A DNA stretch of 63,659 bases, the filler included. It is 9 parts of 9 records of this genome, joined end to end, with 100 filler letters (N's around TTAATTAATTAA, not from the genome) between each part and the next. Parts side by side here need not be neighbours in the genome. Positions count along the whole stretch, not along the records: positions 39,484 to 45,221 come from SRR31156797_76144; positions 45,322 to 50,687 come from SRR31156797_76239; positions 50,788 to 58,184 come from SRR31156797_76307; 6 more parts are not named here. One strand, written 5' to 3'. This document shows, piece by piece, positions 41,058-52,775 of this stretch; position 1 is the stretch's first letter; each line of letters starts with the position of its first letter. The notes below the pieces were generated by a model. It was given only the letters and a program-made list of their open reading frames with translations, was not told where the DNA came from and did no database searches. Position numbers and translations under genes: made by a program.

Positions 41058-41270
41058 TTAAGTATGAAATCTCGACAGCCAATCTCCGGAATAGGATACT
41101 TCTGCCTGGATCAGGTACCGCAAATACTCAATGGAGGCATCAGTGGCTTCATTCAGACAGCCTGCGATTGCCGGTATGATCGGTACAGGCAGAGCTATTC
41201 CGGGAGCGCTCTCCCTGAGAGAGTCCGAGATAAAATAATACTGCATGTCGATAATAACAAGAGCGTCCAT
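41058..41270 (-). pseudogene. Isochorismatase/cysteine hydrolase N-terminal fragment
   Basis: DALVIIDMQYYF matches the family ALxxIDxQ motif; frame stops at 70 aa. Confidence 0.55.
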
Positions 41271-41359
41271 TTGATCTCCAGATTACTGAGTCCGCGGAGC
41301 CTCCCTTCACCAGTACTGTCCCAAGGGGAGGAATTGTCTGACTGCCAATGTATCCTGTA

Positions 41360-41860
41360 CTACTCTATTTCGTTAAACCGGCTTCCGGGCACATTGCAGA
41401 CAGGGCATGTATCTGGTACCTCTCCTACCACCGTATTGCCGCAAACGGGACAGACATAGATCCTCTCTTCCGGCATGTCGGAACCGGATTTGACCGATTC
41501 CAGGGCCCTGCTGTACAAGCCGTGATGAACCTCCTCAACGGCCAGTGCGTTCTTGAAGGTAAACTCCGCCGGCTTGTTGCCCTCTTTCTGAGCTTCCGCC
41601 AGGAACGCCGGATACATCTCCATAGACTCGAACGCCTCGCCGGCTACTGCGGTTTCCAGATTCTCCGACGTCGACCGAATCCCTCCCCCGACCCGAAAGT
41701 GGGCCAGCGCATGGATCGTTTCCGCCTCGGCTGCCGCCCGGAAAAGTCTGGCGACCTGACGCAGTCCTTCCTCATCTGCTTTTTTGGCAAAGGCGAGATA
41801 CATCCTGTTGGCCTTGCTCTCTCCTGCAAATGCCTCATTCAGATTATCAATGGTACCCAT
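41360..41860 (-). CDS. rbr: Rubrerythrin
   Basis: AFAGES, EAETIHA, VEEVH, C-terminal CPVCG...CPVC; AAGGAG SD before ATG 41860. Confidence 0.93.
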   Translation of the reverse strand: MGTIDNLNEAFAGESKANRMYLAFAKKADEEGLRQVARLFRAAAEAETIHALAHFRVGGGIRSTSENLETAVAGEAFESMEMYPAFLAEAQKEGNKPAEFTFKNALAVEEVHHGLYSRALESVKSGSDMPEERIYVCPVCGNTVVGEVPDTCPVCNVPGSRFNEIE

Positions 41861-41873
41861 GTGGTTCTCCTTT

Positions 41874-43463
41874 TTATACATGATCGATGACGGTGTGATT
41901 AGAGATCTCGGAATTCGTCGTACACATGTCTCCGGGGGACAAATCATGCACATCCTTGTTTCCCGTCAGTCTGGCGAAATCCTGTATCTCCCTAGTAACA
42001 GCCCTGAAGTAGTTGGCCACGCGGACGGATGATTTCTCTATATCAAAGCGGGCCCTCAGTGCCGGATCCTGTGTCGCAATCCCCACAGGACACTTTCCCG
42101 TATTGCAGATCTTGTACTGCTGGCAACCCAGCGCCATCATGGCGCTCGTCCCTATGGCGACGGCATCGGCTCCCAGGGCGAGGGCCTTCGCGAAATCAGA
42201 TGAGACCCTCAGACCTCCGGTAACAATGAGAGAGACCTGGGAGCCTCTCAAGTCGAGGTGCTTTCTCGCTCTGGCCAGGGCGAATATCGTCGGTATGGAA
42301 GCAGAGCTTTTCACGACCTTGGGGGCGGCTCCCGTCCCTCCGGCACGCCCGTCAACGGTGATAAAATCGGCTTCGCTGAAGAGGGCGATATCGATATCCT
42401 CTTCAATATGGCCCGCCGCTATTTTCACTCCGATCGGCTTGCCCTTCGTTTTGTCTCTGAGATAAGCGACTGTCTTTTTCAGGTCCTCTTTATTCCGGAT
42501 ATCGGGAAAATGGGAGGGACTGATGATATCCTTCCCCTCGCGGAATCCCCGGACTTCTGCAATTTCCCTGGTGACTTTATGGCCGGGGAGATGCCCCCCC
42601 ATACCCGGTTTGGCCGACTGCCCGATCTTGATCTCCACAGCGTCTACACGGGAAAGAAACTCATCGTTGACACTGTATTTGTTAGGGACGTATTCAAATA
42701 TATATCTGTAGGCATGGGCGATCGATTCGGGGAGGATTCCCCCTTCACCCGAACTCATTGCGGTTTTTACCGCTGCCGATCCTTTGGAAAGCGCGATCTT
42801 CGCTTCCTTCGAGAGGGCTCCGTAGGACATATGGGTGACGATGACGGGGCTATCGATGACCAAAGGAACCGATGCCTGAGATCCGATGACTGTTCTGGTC
42901 GAAACGGGCTGGCTCTTATTCAGGGGGAGCTTGGTCAGCTGAGCTCCTTTGAACAGAATCTCATCCCAGGAAAAAGAGGGAAGCCTCGTCCGCATCGGCT
43001 CGATCACCGTTTCACCGGTCATGGCCATCTTATGGATATCCGCCATATGGATCTCAAAATCATCCTGGGCTTTGCGCCACTCCGATAGGTAGTCTTCATC
43101 AACGGTGCTCTGTCCCGGCTCCTGCGTTTTTACCGGTTCAGAAGGACTCTTCCGTTTGAAGTTGTCCTTGCCGGAGCCGCAGACCGGGCAGCCCCAGTCA
43201 TCGGGAAGGGCGTCCCAGCTCAGCTCTTCTAAACGCTCATCATAGAGGAAGGAACACAATCCGCATTCATAGGCAGCGGACTTCGGCTCTTCCGATTTAA
43301 CCGGAGCCGCTGTTTGATTTACATCAGGGACCAGTGCGAATCCGGATTTTGGGGAGCCGCAGACGGGGCAGACCCAATCATCGGGCAGATCCTCCCATGC
43401 TGTTGGTTCCATGGATTCATCATAGATATAAGAGCATAAGCCGCAACGGTATTTCATAACCAT
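41874..43463 (-). CDS. FMN-binding glutamate synthase (GltB domain 2) with two N-terminal rubredoxin domains
   Basis: Two CxxC...WxCPVCG repeats; [41 protein letters not shown]. Confidence 0.92.
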   Translation of the reverse strand: MVMKYRCGLCSYIYDESMEPTAWEDLPDDWVCPVCGSPKSGFALVPDVNQTAAPVKSEEPKSAAYECGLCSFLYDERLEELSWDALPDDWGCPVCGSGKDNFKRKSPSEPVKTQEPGQSTVDEDYLSEWRKAQDDFEIHMADIHKMAMTGETVIEPMRTRLPSFSWDEILFKGAQLTKLPLNKSQPVSTRTVIGSQASVPLVIDSPVIVTHMSYGALSKEAKIALSKGSAAVKTAMSSGEGGILPESIAHAYRYIFEYVPNKYSVNDEFLSRVDAVEIKIGQSAKPGMGGHLPGHKVTREIAEVRGFREGKDIISPSHFPDIRNKEDLKKTVAYLRDKTKGKPIGVKIAAGHIEEDIDIALFSEADFITVDGRAGGTGAAPKVVKSSASIPTIFALARARKHLDLRGSQVSLIVTGGLRVSSDFAKALALGADAVAIGTSAMMALGCQQYKICNTGKCPVGIATQDPALRARFDIEKSSVRVANYFRAVTREIQDFARLTGNKDVHDLSPGDMCTTNSEISNHTVIDHV

Positions 43464-43714
43464 TCCTCCGTACGCTTATAATTATGATTTGTATGAATTC
43501 TCAATACAAGCTTCAAAATCAGCTGTGATTCATTATTTGTTGCGGCGAATAAGGAAAACGCGAATCGGTGCTGACATTCTGAACTCGTTCAAACACGGAT
43601 TCACGGGCACTTCGGAGAATCGGGAATGATTTATTACTTTGCTAAGGTACGGGATAATTGAATGATAATGCGGTTTATCCCGTACCATTTGCGTTTATGG
43701 GAGTCAGAGTCTTT

Positions 43715-44926
43715 CTACAGCAAATCCAGGTCGTCAAGGCAGGATTTGATCAGCTTGTAGGTCGCTTCAATGTCATGGTCAAGTCCCACAGAGAAACGAA
43801 TCAATCCTGGGGACAATCCCATCTCATCCTGCAGGGCCTGCGGCACCTCGGATGAGGTACTCCGTCCTGAGTTGGAAAACAGGGTTTTGAAATAACCGAG
43901 GCTGACCGCATGATACCCCACTCCCCTCTCCTGCATCATCTCTAAAAACGGGGTGGCCCTTTCGGGAGTTCCGAGATCGATCGCAATCATTCCTCCGTAA
44001 CCGTAGTCGCTATTCATCATTGATGTGAGCAGTTCATGATCAGGGTGATCCGGGAGACCCGGATAGTTCGATTTCAATCCGATCTCTCTGAATTTGCGGG
44101 CAAGGAACATTGCGTTCTCACTATGCTTCTGCATCCTGATATGCAGCGTATTGATGTTCTTCAGGATATTGGATGACCTGAGGGGATCCAGCACAGGGCC
44201 GAGGAGCATGGCCGTGCCATCGTTAACATTGCTGATCTCATTGATAAATTCTTCGGATGCGCATATTGCCCCCGCTACGGCATCATTCTTTCCATTGATG
44301 AATTTGGTCATGCTGTAGACAACGATATCAGCCCCCAGTCGAAAGGGAGACAGGATCATGGGCGTGAAGGTATTGTCCACGACCAGTCTGATTCCATTGG
44401 ATCTGGCAATCCTGGAGAGTTCTGGAATATGGGAGACCTGAAGCATCGGATTTGTCATGCTCTCGGTGTAGATAAGCTTGGTGTTCGGTTTGACAGCGTT
44501 GCTGACACTCTCCAGATCACTGATATTAACGAATGAAACCTCAATATTGAATTTCTTAAGGTAGTTTGCCAGAAACGCATAGGTTCCGCCGTATGTGGTG
44601 ACACTGGTGATGATATGGTCGCCGCTGTTGACAAGCTGAAGGATTGTCGTTGTGATTGCCGCCATTCCGGAGGCTGTAATCCAGGCGGATTCGGTTCCTT
44701 CCATAACGGCAAGGGCATCGGCAAGATATTTATTGCTGGGATTCCAGTGCCTGGAGTATAAAAAACACCCGGCGGCTTCCCCATGGAAAGCATCAATCAT
44801 GGTCTGCTCATGTAAAAAGGTATAGGTAGCAGAATCCGTTATTGATGGATTGACACCTCCGAACTCCCCGAATTGCTCCATTCTCTGAATGGCTGTAGCC
44901 GGATCTGTAAAACTCTTCTTATTCAT
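43715..44926 (-). CDS. PLP Cys/Met metabolism enzyme, likely methionine gamma-lyase
   Basis: YSRHWNP, ASGMAAI, VDNTF, SMTKFING, AVSLG, IRFSVGL. Confidence 0.85.
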   Translation of the reverse strand: MNKKSFTDPATAIQRMEQFGEFGGVNPSITDSATYTFLHEQTMIDAFHGEAAGCFLYSRHWNPSNKYLADALAVMEGTESAWITASGMAAITTTILQLVNSGDHIITSVTTYGGTYAFLANYLKKFNIEVSFVNISDLESVSNAVKPNTKLIYTESMTNPMLQVSHIPELSRIARSNGIRLVVDNTFTPMILSPFRLGADIVVYSMTKFINGKNDAVAGAICASEEFINEISNVNDGTAMLLGPVLDPLRSSNILKNINTLHIRMQKHSENAMFLARKFREIGLKSNYPGLPDHPDHELLTSMMNSDYGYGGMIAIDLGTPERATPFLEMMQERGVGYHAVSLGYFKTLFSNSGRSTSSEVPQALQDEMGLSPGLIRFSVGLDHDIEATYKLIKSCLDDLDLL

Positions 44927-45092
44927 CAATAACTCCTTACTAACAGAACATTTTTGCTTTGGAATCGTGCGTAGAGTACTATTTCACAAGCTTAACTGCT
45001 GCTAATTATATACGCAGGCTGATAGCTCATGTTGGCAAAGAATTCATCATTATTATTCATTATTGATATATAATGTCTTTATTTATACAATT

Positions 45093-45221
45093 ATGAGCAT
45101 GATCAGCTATTCAGAGTTAGACGAGATAGATATCAAAATCCTCCAGATACTGCAAGAGAACGGCAGACTGGCCGCCATTGATATCGCAGAGCGGGTAGGA
45201 CTCTCTCCATCGCCATGCGCC
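45093..45221 (+). CDS. Lrp/AsnC regulator, 3'-truncated
   Basis: LDEIDIKILQILQENGR...IAERVGLSPSPC. Confidence 0.88.
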
Positions 45222-45321
45222 NNNNNNNNNNNNNNNNNNNNNNNNNNNNNNNNNNNNNNNNNNNNTTAATTAATTAANNNNNNNNNNNNNNNNNNNNNNN
45301 NNNNNNNNNNNNNNNNNNNNN
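45222..45321. other. Artificial contig spacer 6
   Basis: N44-TTAATTAATTAA-N44. Confidence 0.99.
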
Positions 45322-46021
45322 GGATGCTCTCGATGCGGCGCTGGATCCAGGCCTTTTCCTCCGGATCCTGGATATGCATGAACTCGACGCCGATGGAACC
45401 GCAATAGGTTTCGCGCACGACCCGCAGGATTTCGCGGATGGTGGCGGTTTCCAGTCCCAGCACGTAATCGATGAAAATCGGCCGGTCGAGATCGGATTCG
45501 GTGAAGCCGTAGCTCTTCGGCTCCAGTTCGGGATGAAAGGTGTTGCCTTCCAACCCCAGCGGATCGAACCGCGCGATCAGATGGCCGCGCACCCGATAGC
45601 TGCGGATCAGCATCAGGGCGCGGATCGAATCAAGGGTCGCGGCGCGCACTTGGCCGGCGCCGAAACGTTCCTCCAGATTCTGGGCAACGGTTGCCGGCGG
45701 TGACGGCGTCGCCGCCGGGCATGGCGCGCCTGCGGCAACCCGGGAAGCCTGTTCGACCGTTGCCGGCGGGCACGGCGTCGGACCGCCGATGGCACCGGCG
45801 ATGGGCCCTGCGATCGGGCCGCCGCCATTGCCTCCGGTCCGAGGCGCCCAGCTGGCGCCGCGCAGTTCCTCAAGAACGGCCCGGCCGTCTTCGGCCAGAT
45901 CGTTGAAAAGCTCGACCCAGCTGGGATCGACCGAGTTGGGATTTTCCAGGAAACGCGAATACAACTCGGCGATGAATTCGGCGTTCTGGGGATTCAACAG
46001 GGAATCGACGTTGGAAGACAT
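45322..46021 (-). CDS. sucA: 2-oxoglutarate dehydrogenase E1, 3'-truncated
   Basis: NAEFIAELY...SVDPSW, LIRSYRVRGH, YCGSIGVEFMHI. Confidence 0.95.
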
Positions 46022-46171
46022 GGGTTACAAGAAGGCGCGGGCCTTTATCCGCGCCCTCTCTCCAAATTAATCATGGCTGCTCAAAGTCCGCACCCGAGCC
46101 CACTACATGGGGTTGCGGCAGGCGTTTGCCTACCCCATTGAAGCGCGCGGCCGCGAACGCGGGCACCGCGA

Positions 46172-47128
<957 letters not shown>

Positions 47129-47339
47129 TTAACTCCCAGCTTGCAAAAATATGATCCGGACCGCAGCGCCCCGACCACGGCATCCCCTTCAATTCGAGGG
47201 TTTTTACCGCGAATAAGTTGCAGGGACAAGTAGCCCGCGACCCTCCTATGACCTGAAACTAATTACGGAATTGCCGTTTCGCCACCACGAATCGGCCCGA
47301 AATCGACGAAACAGGTCAAAACGGCACAAATCGGCCAAA

Positions 47340-48689
47340 TCAGGCCGCGGCGCCGGTAAGTTCGCTCTCCATGCGGCGGCGGATGGCAATCGCCGACGCC
47401 TCTTCGTCGAATTCGACATCGGTCCAACACACCTTTTGGCCGGCCGCGATGTCGGTCTTCAGCGTCACGCCATGGGCCAATCCGATCGGCAGGCCGCCGA
47501 TGGCCAGGGAATCGACGGCCGGCATCAGCTTGCCCCAGACGCAGAAACCGCCCTCGCCGTCCAGCACCTCGCCGGCCTTAAGATCGCGCTTGGCGGTCGC
47601 CACGACGTCGCCGACGAAACCGCGGGTGCGCCCGGTCGCCTCTTTGCGCAGGGCGGCGGATGCGACGCTGATGCCCAGTTCCAGGCCGATCAGATGATAG
47701 GGCCGCCACAGGGCCGAATAGCGCCCCGAGGCATCGGTGATCATGCCGTAGTCGTGGAAACAATTGCGCACGTATTCGGTCGGCGCCTCGTAAACGACAT
47801 AGACCCCCCAACGCAGATTGTGGGGGATGTCGATACCGTCCCGGCCGCGGCTCGATACCACCTCGACCTGGCCCGAATGGTGCAGCACGCCGCCGGCCTC
47901 GGACGGAATCAGGGTCTTGGCCAAATCGGCGGCGGCGCAGGGGGGAAAGTCCAAGCCGTCCGGCGCCGGGGTCAGGCCGGTCGCATTCGCCACCGCCGCC
48001 ATTTCCAGGCCCGATTTGGTGCCGTCCAGGAAGGAATTGAACATCTTCGCGTTCATGCCGCTGGCGGCCGCGCGCTCGGCCGTCAACCCGTAATGGTCCC
48101 ACACCGTATCCGGCGTCGAGGCGTGGTATTCGGGCATGTAAAGCGTGCCCTTGCCGGCGGCGACGACATTGAGCCCGCAGGCCCGGGCCCAGTCGACCTG
48201 TTCGCAGATCAACGCCGGCTGATCGCCGTATGCCATCGAATAGACGACGCCGACGGCCTGGGCCTGGCGGGCCAGCAGGGGCCCGGCCAGCACGTCTGCC
48301 TCAACATTGACCATGACGACGTGAAGGCCCTCGGTGAAGGCCAGCATGGCGTGGCGCAGGCCCGCTTCGGGAACGCCGGTGGCCTCGATGATGACGTCGA
48401 GTCCGCGGCTGCGGATCAGCCCTTCGGCATCGTCGGTCAGATGAACGCCGCCCGACTTGCGGGCCTCGGCAACCGATTTGGCGCCGATCGCGTCTTCCGG
48501 CCAGCCGGTCCGCAAAAAGGCCTGGCGGGCCAGATCGGGATCGAGATCGGCAACCCCGGCCAGATGCAGCCCCGGCGTCAGCCGGGCCTGGGAAATGAAC
48601 ATGGTGCCGAACTTGCCGGCCCCGATCAGGCCGACCCGGACCGGACGGCCTTCGGCGTGTCGTTCCGCCAACAGGGCGTGAAGGTTCAT
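47340..48689 (-). CDS. NAD(P)-dependent oxidoreductase with C-terminal SAF domain (homoserine dehydrogenase-like)
   Basis: GLIGAGKFG, GDQPA, FLDGTKS, RPYHLIGLE, AKRDLKAGEVLDGEGG. Confidence 0.87.
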   Translation of the reverse strand: MNLHALLAERHAEGRPVRVGLIGAGKFGTMFISQARLTPGLHLAGVADLDPDLARQAFLRTGWPEDAIGAKSVAEARKSGGVHLTDDAEGLIRSRGLDVIIEATGVPEAGLRHAMLAFTEGLHVVMVNVEADVLAGPLLARQAQAVGVVYSMAYGDQPALICEQVDWARACGLNVVAAGKGTLYMPEYHASTPDTVWDHYGLTAERAAASGMNAKMFNSFLDGTKSGLEMAAVANATGLTPAPDGLDFPPCAAADLAKTLIPSEAGGVLHHSGQVEVVSSRGRDGIDIPHNLRWGVYVVYEAPTEYVRNCFHDYGMITDASGRYSALWRPYHLIGLELGISVASAALRKEATGRTRGFVGDVVATAKRDLKAGEVLDGEGGFCVWGKLMPAVDSLAIGGLPIGLAHGVTLKTDIAAGQKVCWTDVEFDEEASAIAIRRRMESELTGAAA

Positions 48690-48837
48690 GTCTGCGCTCC
48701 TCCCCAGTTACGCCTGCCGCGCCTTTCCGGTTGCAACGCCGATCCCCCTGCCGCTCGCAAGCCGGTTTGACAGACCTACATTAACACGCGAAGAATGGTG
48801 CCGATATCGGCACGGCCGTTTTTTTATGAGGTCCGCC

Positions 48838-49713
48838 ATGGGCGACATGCAGGCCATAACCGGCGACTCGCCGCTGATCGATGCCATTCTCGGCAATCAG
48901 ACCGGCATTCGCCTGTCCTTCTTTTTCGGCGTCCTGGCGCTGATGATGGCGCTGGAAGCAGCCTTCCCGCGGCGCATTCGCAACCTGCCGCGAACCCGCC
49001 GCTGGCCCGCCAACATCGCCATCGTGTTCCTCAATTCGCTGCTGGTCCGCGCCCTGTTTCCGATGGCCGCGGTCGGCATCGCGGCAATTGCCGATATCAA
49101 CGGCTGGGGCCTGTTCAACCTCACCGGCGCGCCGCTTTGGCTGGCCATAACCGCTTCCGTCATTCTTTTGGATTTCGCCATCTATGGCCAGCACGTCGTT
49201 TTTCACAAGGTACCGGCCCTGTGGCGGCTGCATCGCATGCACCATGCCGACCTCGATATCGACGTCACCACCGGCGCCCGCTTTCATCCCATCGAGATCA
49301 TCCTGTCGATGGCCATCAAGATGGTCGTCGTGGTCGCCCTCGGCGCGCCGGCCGTCGCCGTCGTCATCTTCGAGGTGCTTCTCAACGGCACCGCCATGTT
49401 CAACCACGCGAATTTCAAGCTGCCTTTGGGCGTCGACAGGATCGTCCGCCTGGTTTTCGTGACGCCTGACATGCACCGGGTCCATCATTCGGCGATCCGC
49501 CGCGAGACCGACAGCAACTACGGGTTCAATCTGACCTGGTGGGACCGCCTGTGCCGCACCTACCGGCCGCAACCGGAGAAGGGCCACGACGGCATGATCA
49601 TCGGTCTCGAATTCTTCCGCGATCCGGTCGAACAGCGTCTCGATAAGATGCTGCTGCAACCGCTGAAAGAGGCGGTTGTCGAAATCGATCCCGAAAAGGA
49701 CGACACCCCATGA
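48838..49713 (+). CDS. Sterol desaturase / fatty-acid hydroxylase family
   Basis: His boxes HVVFH, HRMHH, HRVHH; GAGG SD before ATG 48838. Confidence 0.9.
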   Translation: MGDMQAITGDSPLIDAILGNQTGIRLSFFFGVLALMMALEAAFPRRIRNLPRTRRWPANIAIVFLNSLLVRALFPMAAVGIAAIADINGWGLFNLTGAPLWLAITASVILLDFAIYGQHVVFHKVPALWRLHRMHHADLDIDVTTGARFHPIEIILSMAIKMVVVVALGAPAVAVVIFEVLLNGTAMFNHANFKLPLGVDRIVRLVFVTPDMHRVHHSAIRRETDSNYGFNLTWWDRLCRTYRPQPEKGHDGMIIGLEFFRDPVEQRLDKMLLQPLKEAVVEIDPEKDDTP

Positions 49714-50204
49714 CCGGCCGCCCCGCCATCCGCCCGGCCACACGCGCCGACGCCGACGCCGTCTGGCGCATCTTCCATGCCGTCGTTTCGACCGGCGACA
49801 CCTATTCCTTCGCGCCCGACACGGACCGCGAAGGCGCGCTTGATCTGATGATGGAACAGCCGCAGGCGACCTATGTCGCCGAGATCGACGGTGAGGTATC
49901 GGGCTGTTTCTACATCAAACCCAATCAACCGGGCCTTGGCGCCCATGTCTGCAACGCCGGTTTCATGGTGGCACCCGAAGCCCAACGCCGCGGCCTCGGC
50001 CGGGCGATGGGCGAATTCGCGCTGGCCGAGGCCAAGCGGCTCGGCTTCACCGCGATGATCTTCAATTTCGTCGTTTCGACCAACGAAGGGGCCGTTGCGC
50101 TTTGGAGAAGCTTCGGCTTCGAGATCCTCGGCACCGTTCCCGGCGCCTTCAATCATGCCCGCCTCGGCCCGACCGACGTCCATGTGATGTTCCGCCGGCT
50201 GTAG
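49710..50204 (+). CDS. GNAT N-acetyltransferase
   Basis: AQRRGLGRAM, FNFVVSTNEGAVALW. Confidence 0.9.
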   Translation: MTGRPAIRPATRADADAVWRIFHAVVSTGDTYSFAPDTDREGALDLMMEQPQATYVAEIDGEVSGCFYIKPNQPGLGAHVCNAGFMVAPEAQRRGLGRAMGEFALAEAKRLGFTAMIFNFVVSTNEGAVALWRSFGFEILGTVPGAFNHARLGPTDVHVMFRRL

Positions 50205-50285
50205 CGGATTTTCAGCCGGTCCAATCCTCCGGTTGTTTAAAGGACGCTCGGCAATCCCCACATCACCGAATCATCGATAGACGAT

Positions 50286-50687
50286 TTGGAATTGGTTTTG
50301 GCAAATTCGAGACGACCTAGCCGCGCTCGCGCTTTTTTGTTTGGCCTTGCGGCAATTTGCGCACTCGCCACAAACGCCGCTGCCGACGATAAAAAACCCG
50401 TACTTGTCGGCCTCGACGCCGATATGTCGTCGGCCTCGGCGCAATCGGGCGAGGCGATCCGGCGCGGCGCCGCCGTAGCCATCGCCGAAATAAACGCGTC
50501 GGGAGGCGTCCTCGAACGGCCGCTGGAATTGGTTGTCCGCGACCACCGGGGCATTCCGGCGCGCGGCCGCGACAACATCGACGAATTCGCCGCCATGGCC
50601 GACCTGGTGGCGGTCATCGGTGGCATACACACGCCGGTCGCGCTGTACGAACTGGAGGCGATCCATCGGCACCGCATCATCTATCTC
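50286..50687 (+). CDS. ABC substrate-binding protein (LivJ-like), 3'-truncated
   Basis: Signal peptide; AIAEINASGGVLERPLELVVRD. Confidence 0.8.
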
Positions 50688-50787
50688 NNNNNNNNNNNNN
50701 NNNNNNNNNNNNNNNNNNNNNNNNNNNNNNNTTAATTAATTAANNNNNNNNNNNNNNNNNNNNNNNNNNNNNNNNNNNNNNNNNNNN
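50688..50787. other. Artificial contig spacer 7
   Basis: N44-TTAATTAATTAA-N44. Confidence 0.99.
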
Positions 50788-52712
50788 TTTTCCACCACGG
50801 CCATGAGTTCCCTGTAGCTTGCAGACCGCCCCTGGTCTTCATTTTTGATGAACCGCCCCACCCTGAAATTGTCCATGATATAAATGAAACCGTTCATGTG
50901 ATCGGATTCAGGATGGGTGAGGATCACGGCATCCAGGGTCAATATCTTTCGCTGCCGGAGAAAGGGCGCCACAAGATGCTCCCCCGGATCAAAGGTCGAT
51001 GACCCGGAAAAACCGCCGGCGTCCACAAGCACCCTTTTCCCATGGGGGATTTCGATCAACGCGGCGTTCCCCTGGCCCACATCGAGGACAAACACCGACA
51101 GCTCCCTGTTGAAGAACCGCTGCTTTATCCACACGGCCTCCCTGGCGCCGAGGATCACAAGGGCCGTAATCATCACCCCGACACCTGTCCGTTTGCCCCC
51201 CTTGACCGTGATAAAAACCCCGGCCCAGAAAAAATAATAGCAATACATTTCGAGGAGATCCGGGGTCACGGTCCGGGCCCAGAACAGGGAGGTCGAACTG
51301 ACCCATTCCAGCAGTCGGACGCAGGGCCCAAGGATAAATCCCGCCAGGGTCAAAAGAAAGCCGGCCAGGGGAACCGAAACCGGATAAAGAACCAGGGCGC
51401 ACAAGCCCAGGGGCACGGCCATGAAACCGGCCCCGGGGATGAGAACGAAATTTGTAAGGATGCCCGCAAACGAGACCTGGTTGAAGTAGTGCATGACCAG
51501 GGGCTGGGTCCCAAGGATGGCACAGGCCGATATCATGGCGAACATCCCTATTTTTCGAATAAGAGACGGGCGGGCCGTTCCGCCCTTCCCCCTTCCCTTT
51601 GCCAGGGACATTCCCCCGACGATGAACAGAACGGCAACAAAGGACAACTGAAACGAAACGGAAAAAAGCGCCCCCGGTTCCAGGAGCAAAATAACGATAA
51701 ATGCTGCGGCAAGGGAGTTGAGGGTATCGGCCTCCTTTTCAATCACATGGGAGGTCATTACAATCACGATCATCATCAGGGCCCTGCGGGTGGAGGAGGA
51801 GAACCCGGACAAAAGCGCGTAAAAGACCAGGGGAACCAGGGTGAACACCGCGGCAATCTTCCGGCTGTACCCGGGAATCAGAAGCCGGGGCCAGAGGGAG
51901 AAGAGGCAGTTGAACCCGGCAAACGACACAAGACCGACAATGGAAAGATGAAGCCCTGAAATGGCGAGGATGTGACCTGCGCCGGACCGTGCAAAAACGG
52001 CTTTCAGCTCACGGCTGATGCCGCTGCGGTCACCGGTGACAAGGGCAGTTAAAACCGCTGCGGCATCCGGGTCGTTCACGGTCTTGCGAATGAAGGAAGC
52101 AAACCGGTTTCGATAATCATGGACCCGGTTTGCCAGGACAACCGTCCATTCAGGATCACCGGCCCGGGGCAAACGGACAAGATCATCCCCCCTTGCCCAG
52201 CCGCTGCAGTGGATCTTCCTGAACCCCATGTATCTTGCGTAGTCAAAACCGCCGGGATTGTTGAAATTGCGAATCGGCTTCAGCTCGGTTGTGCAGCCAA
52301 TGGGCGCTCCGAACCTGAGATCATGGGAGCAATAGTAGACGGAGAGCCTTACCTTGCCCCTGGCGGCACGGCTCTCCTCCCGGGTTATGCCGGCCCCCTC
52401 CACTGCAAGATCGAACCGGACCCTTTGGCCGTGGTGTTCCGGAACCGAGGCGATCCGTCCCGCGACCCACACCCTCCCCCTGTCGCAAAGCCCTGTTACA
52501 TGATCATGGGGCAGGGCCGGTCGAACCAGGGAGGAGATGAGACCGTGGCCAAGGACAAAAAAAAGAGCCGCCGGGACAATTCCCGGCCACTCTTTTTTGA
52601 TTACAATTGCACCAAGGGCCAGAACAATGGTACCGGCCCGGACAGGAAAGGATATTTCAGGAAACGCTTCGCCCCCGGCGATTCCGCACCCCAGGGCAAT
52701 GGCCGGAAGCAC
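50788..52712 (-). CDS. comEC: DNA uptake protein ComEC/Rec2, 3'-truncated, start uncertain
   Basis: NPGGFDY, HILAISGLH, SFQLSF, LDVGQG, LTHPESDH. Confidence 0.93.
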
Positions 52713-52775
52713 AAGGGGAGGCAGGTTCCCTGGTGTCAGGGTTGTCCCATGATCTTCTCCTGATTTATCGAATTA

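Noticed and set aside
45690..45845. Pro/Ala/Gly-rich stretch in SucA
   Set aside because: Falls in the known variable N-terminal linker; no intein or insertion signature
47271..48770. 499-aa plus-strand ORF
   Set aside because: Antisense shadow of the SAF oxidoreductase
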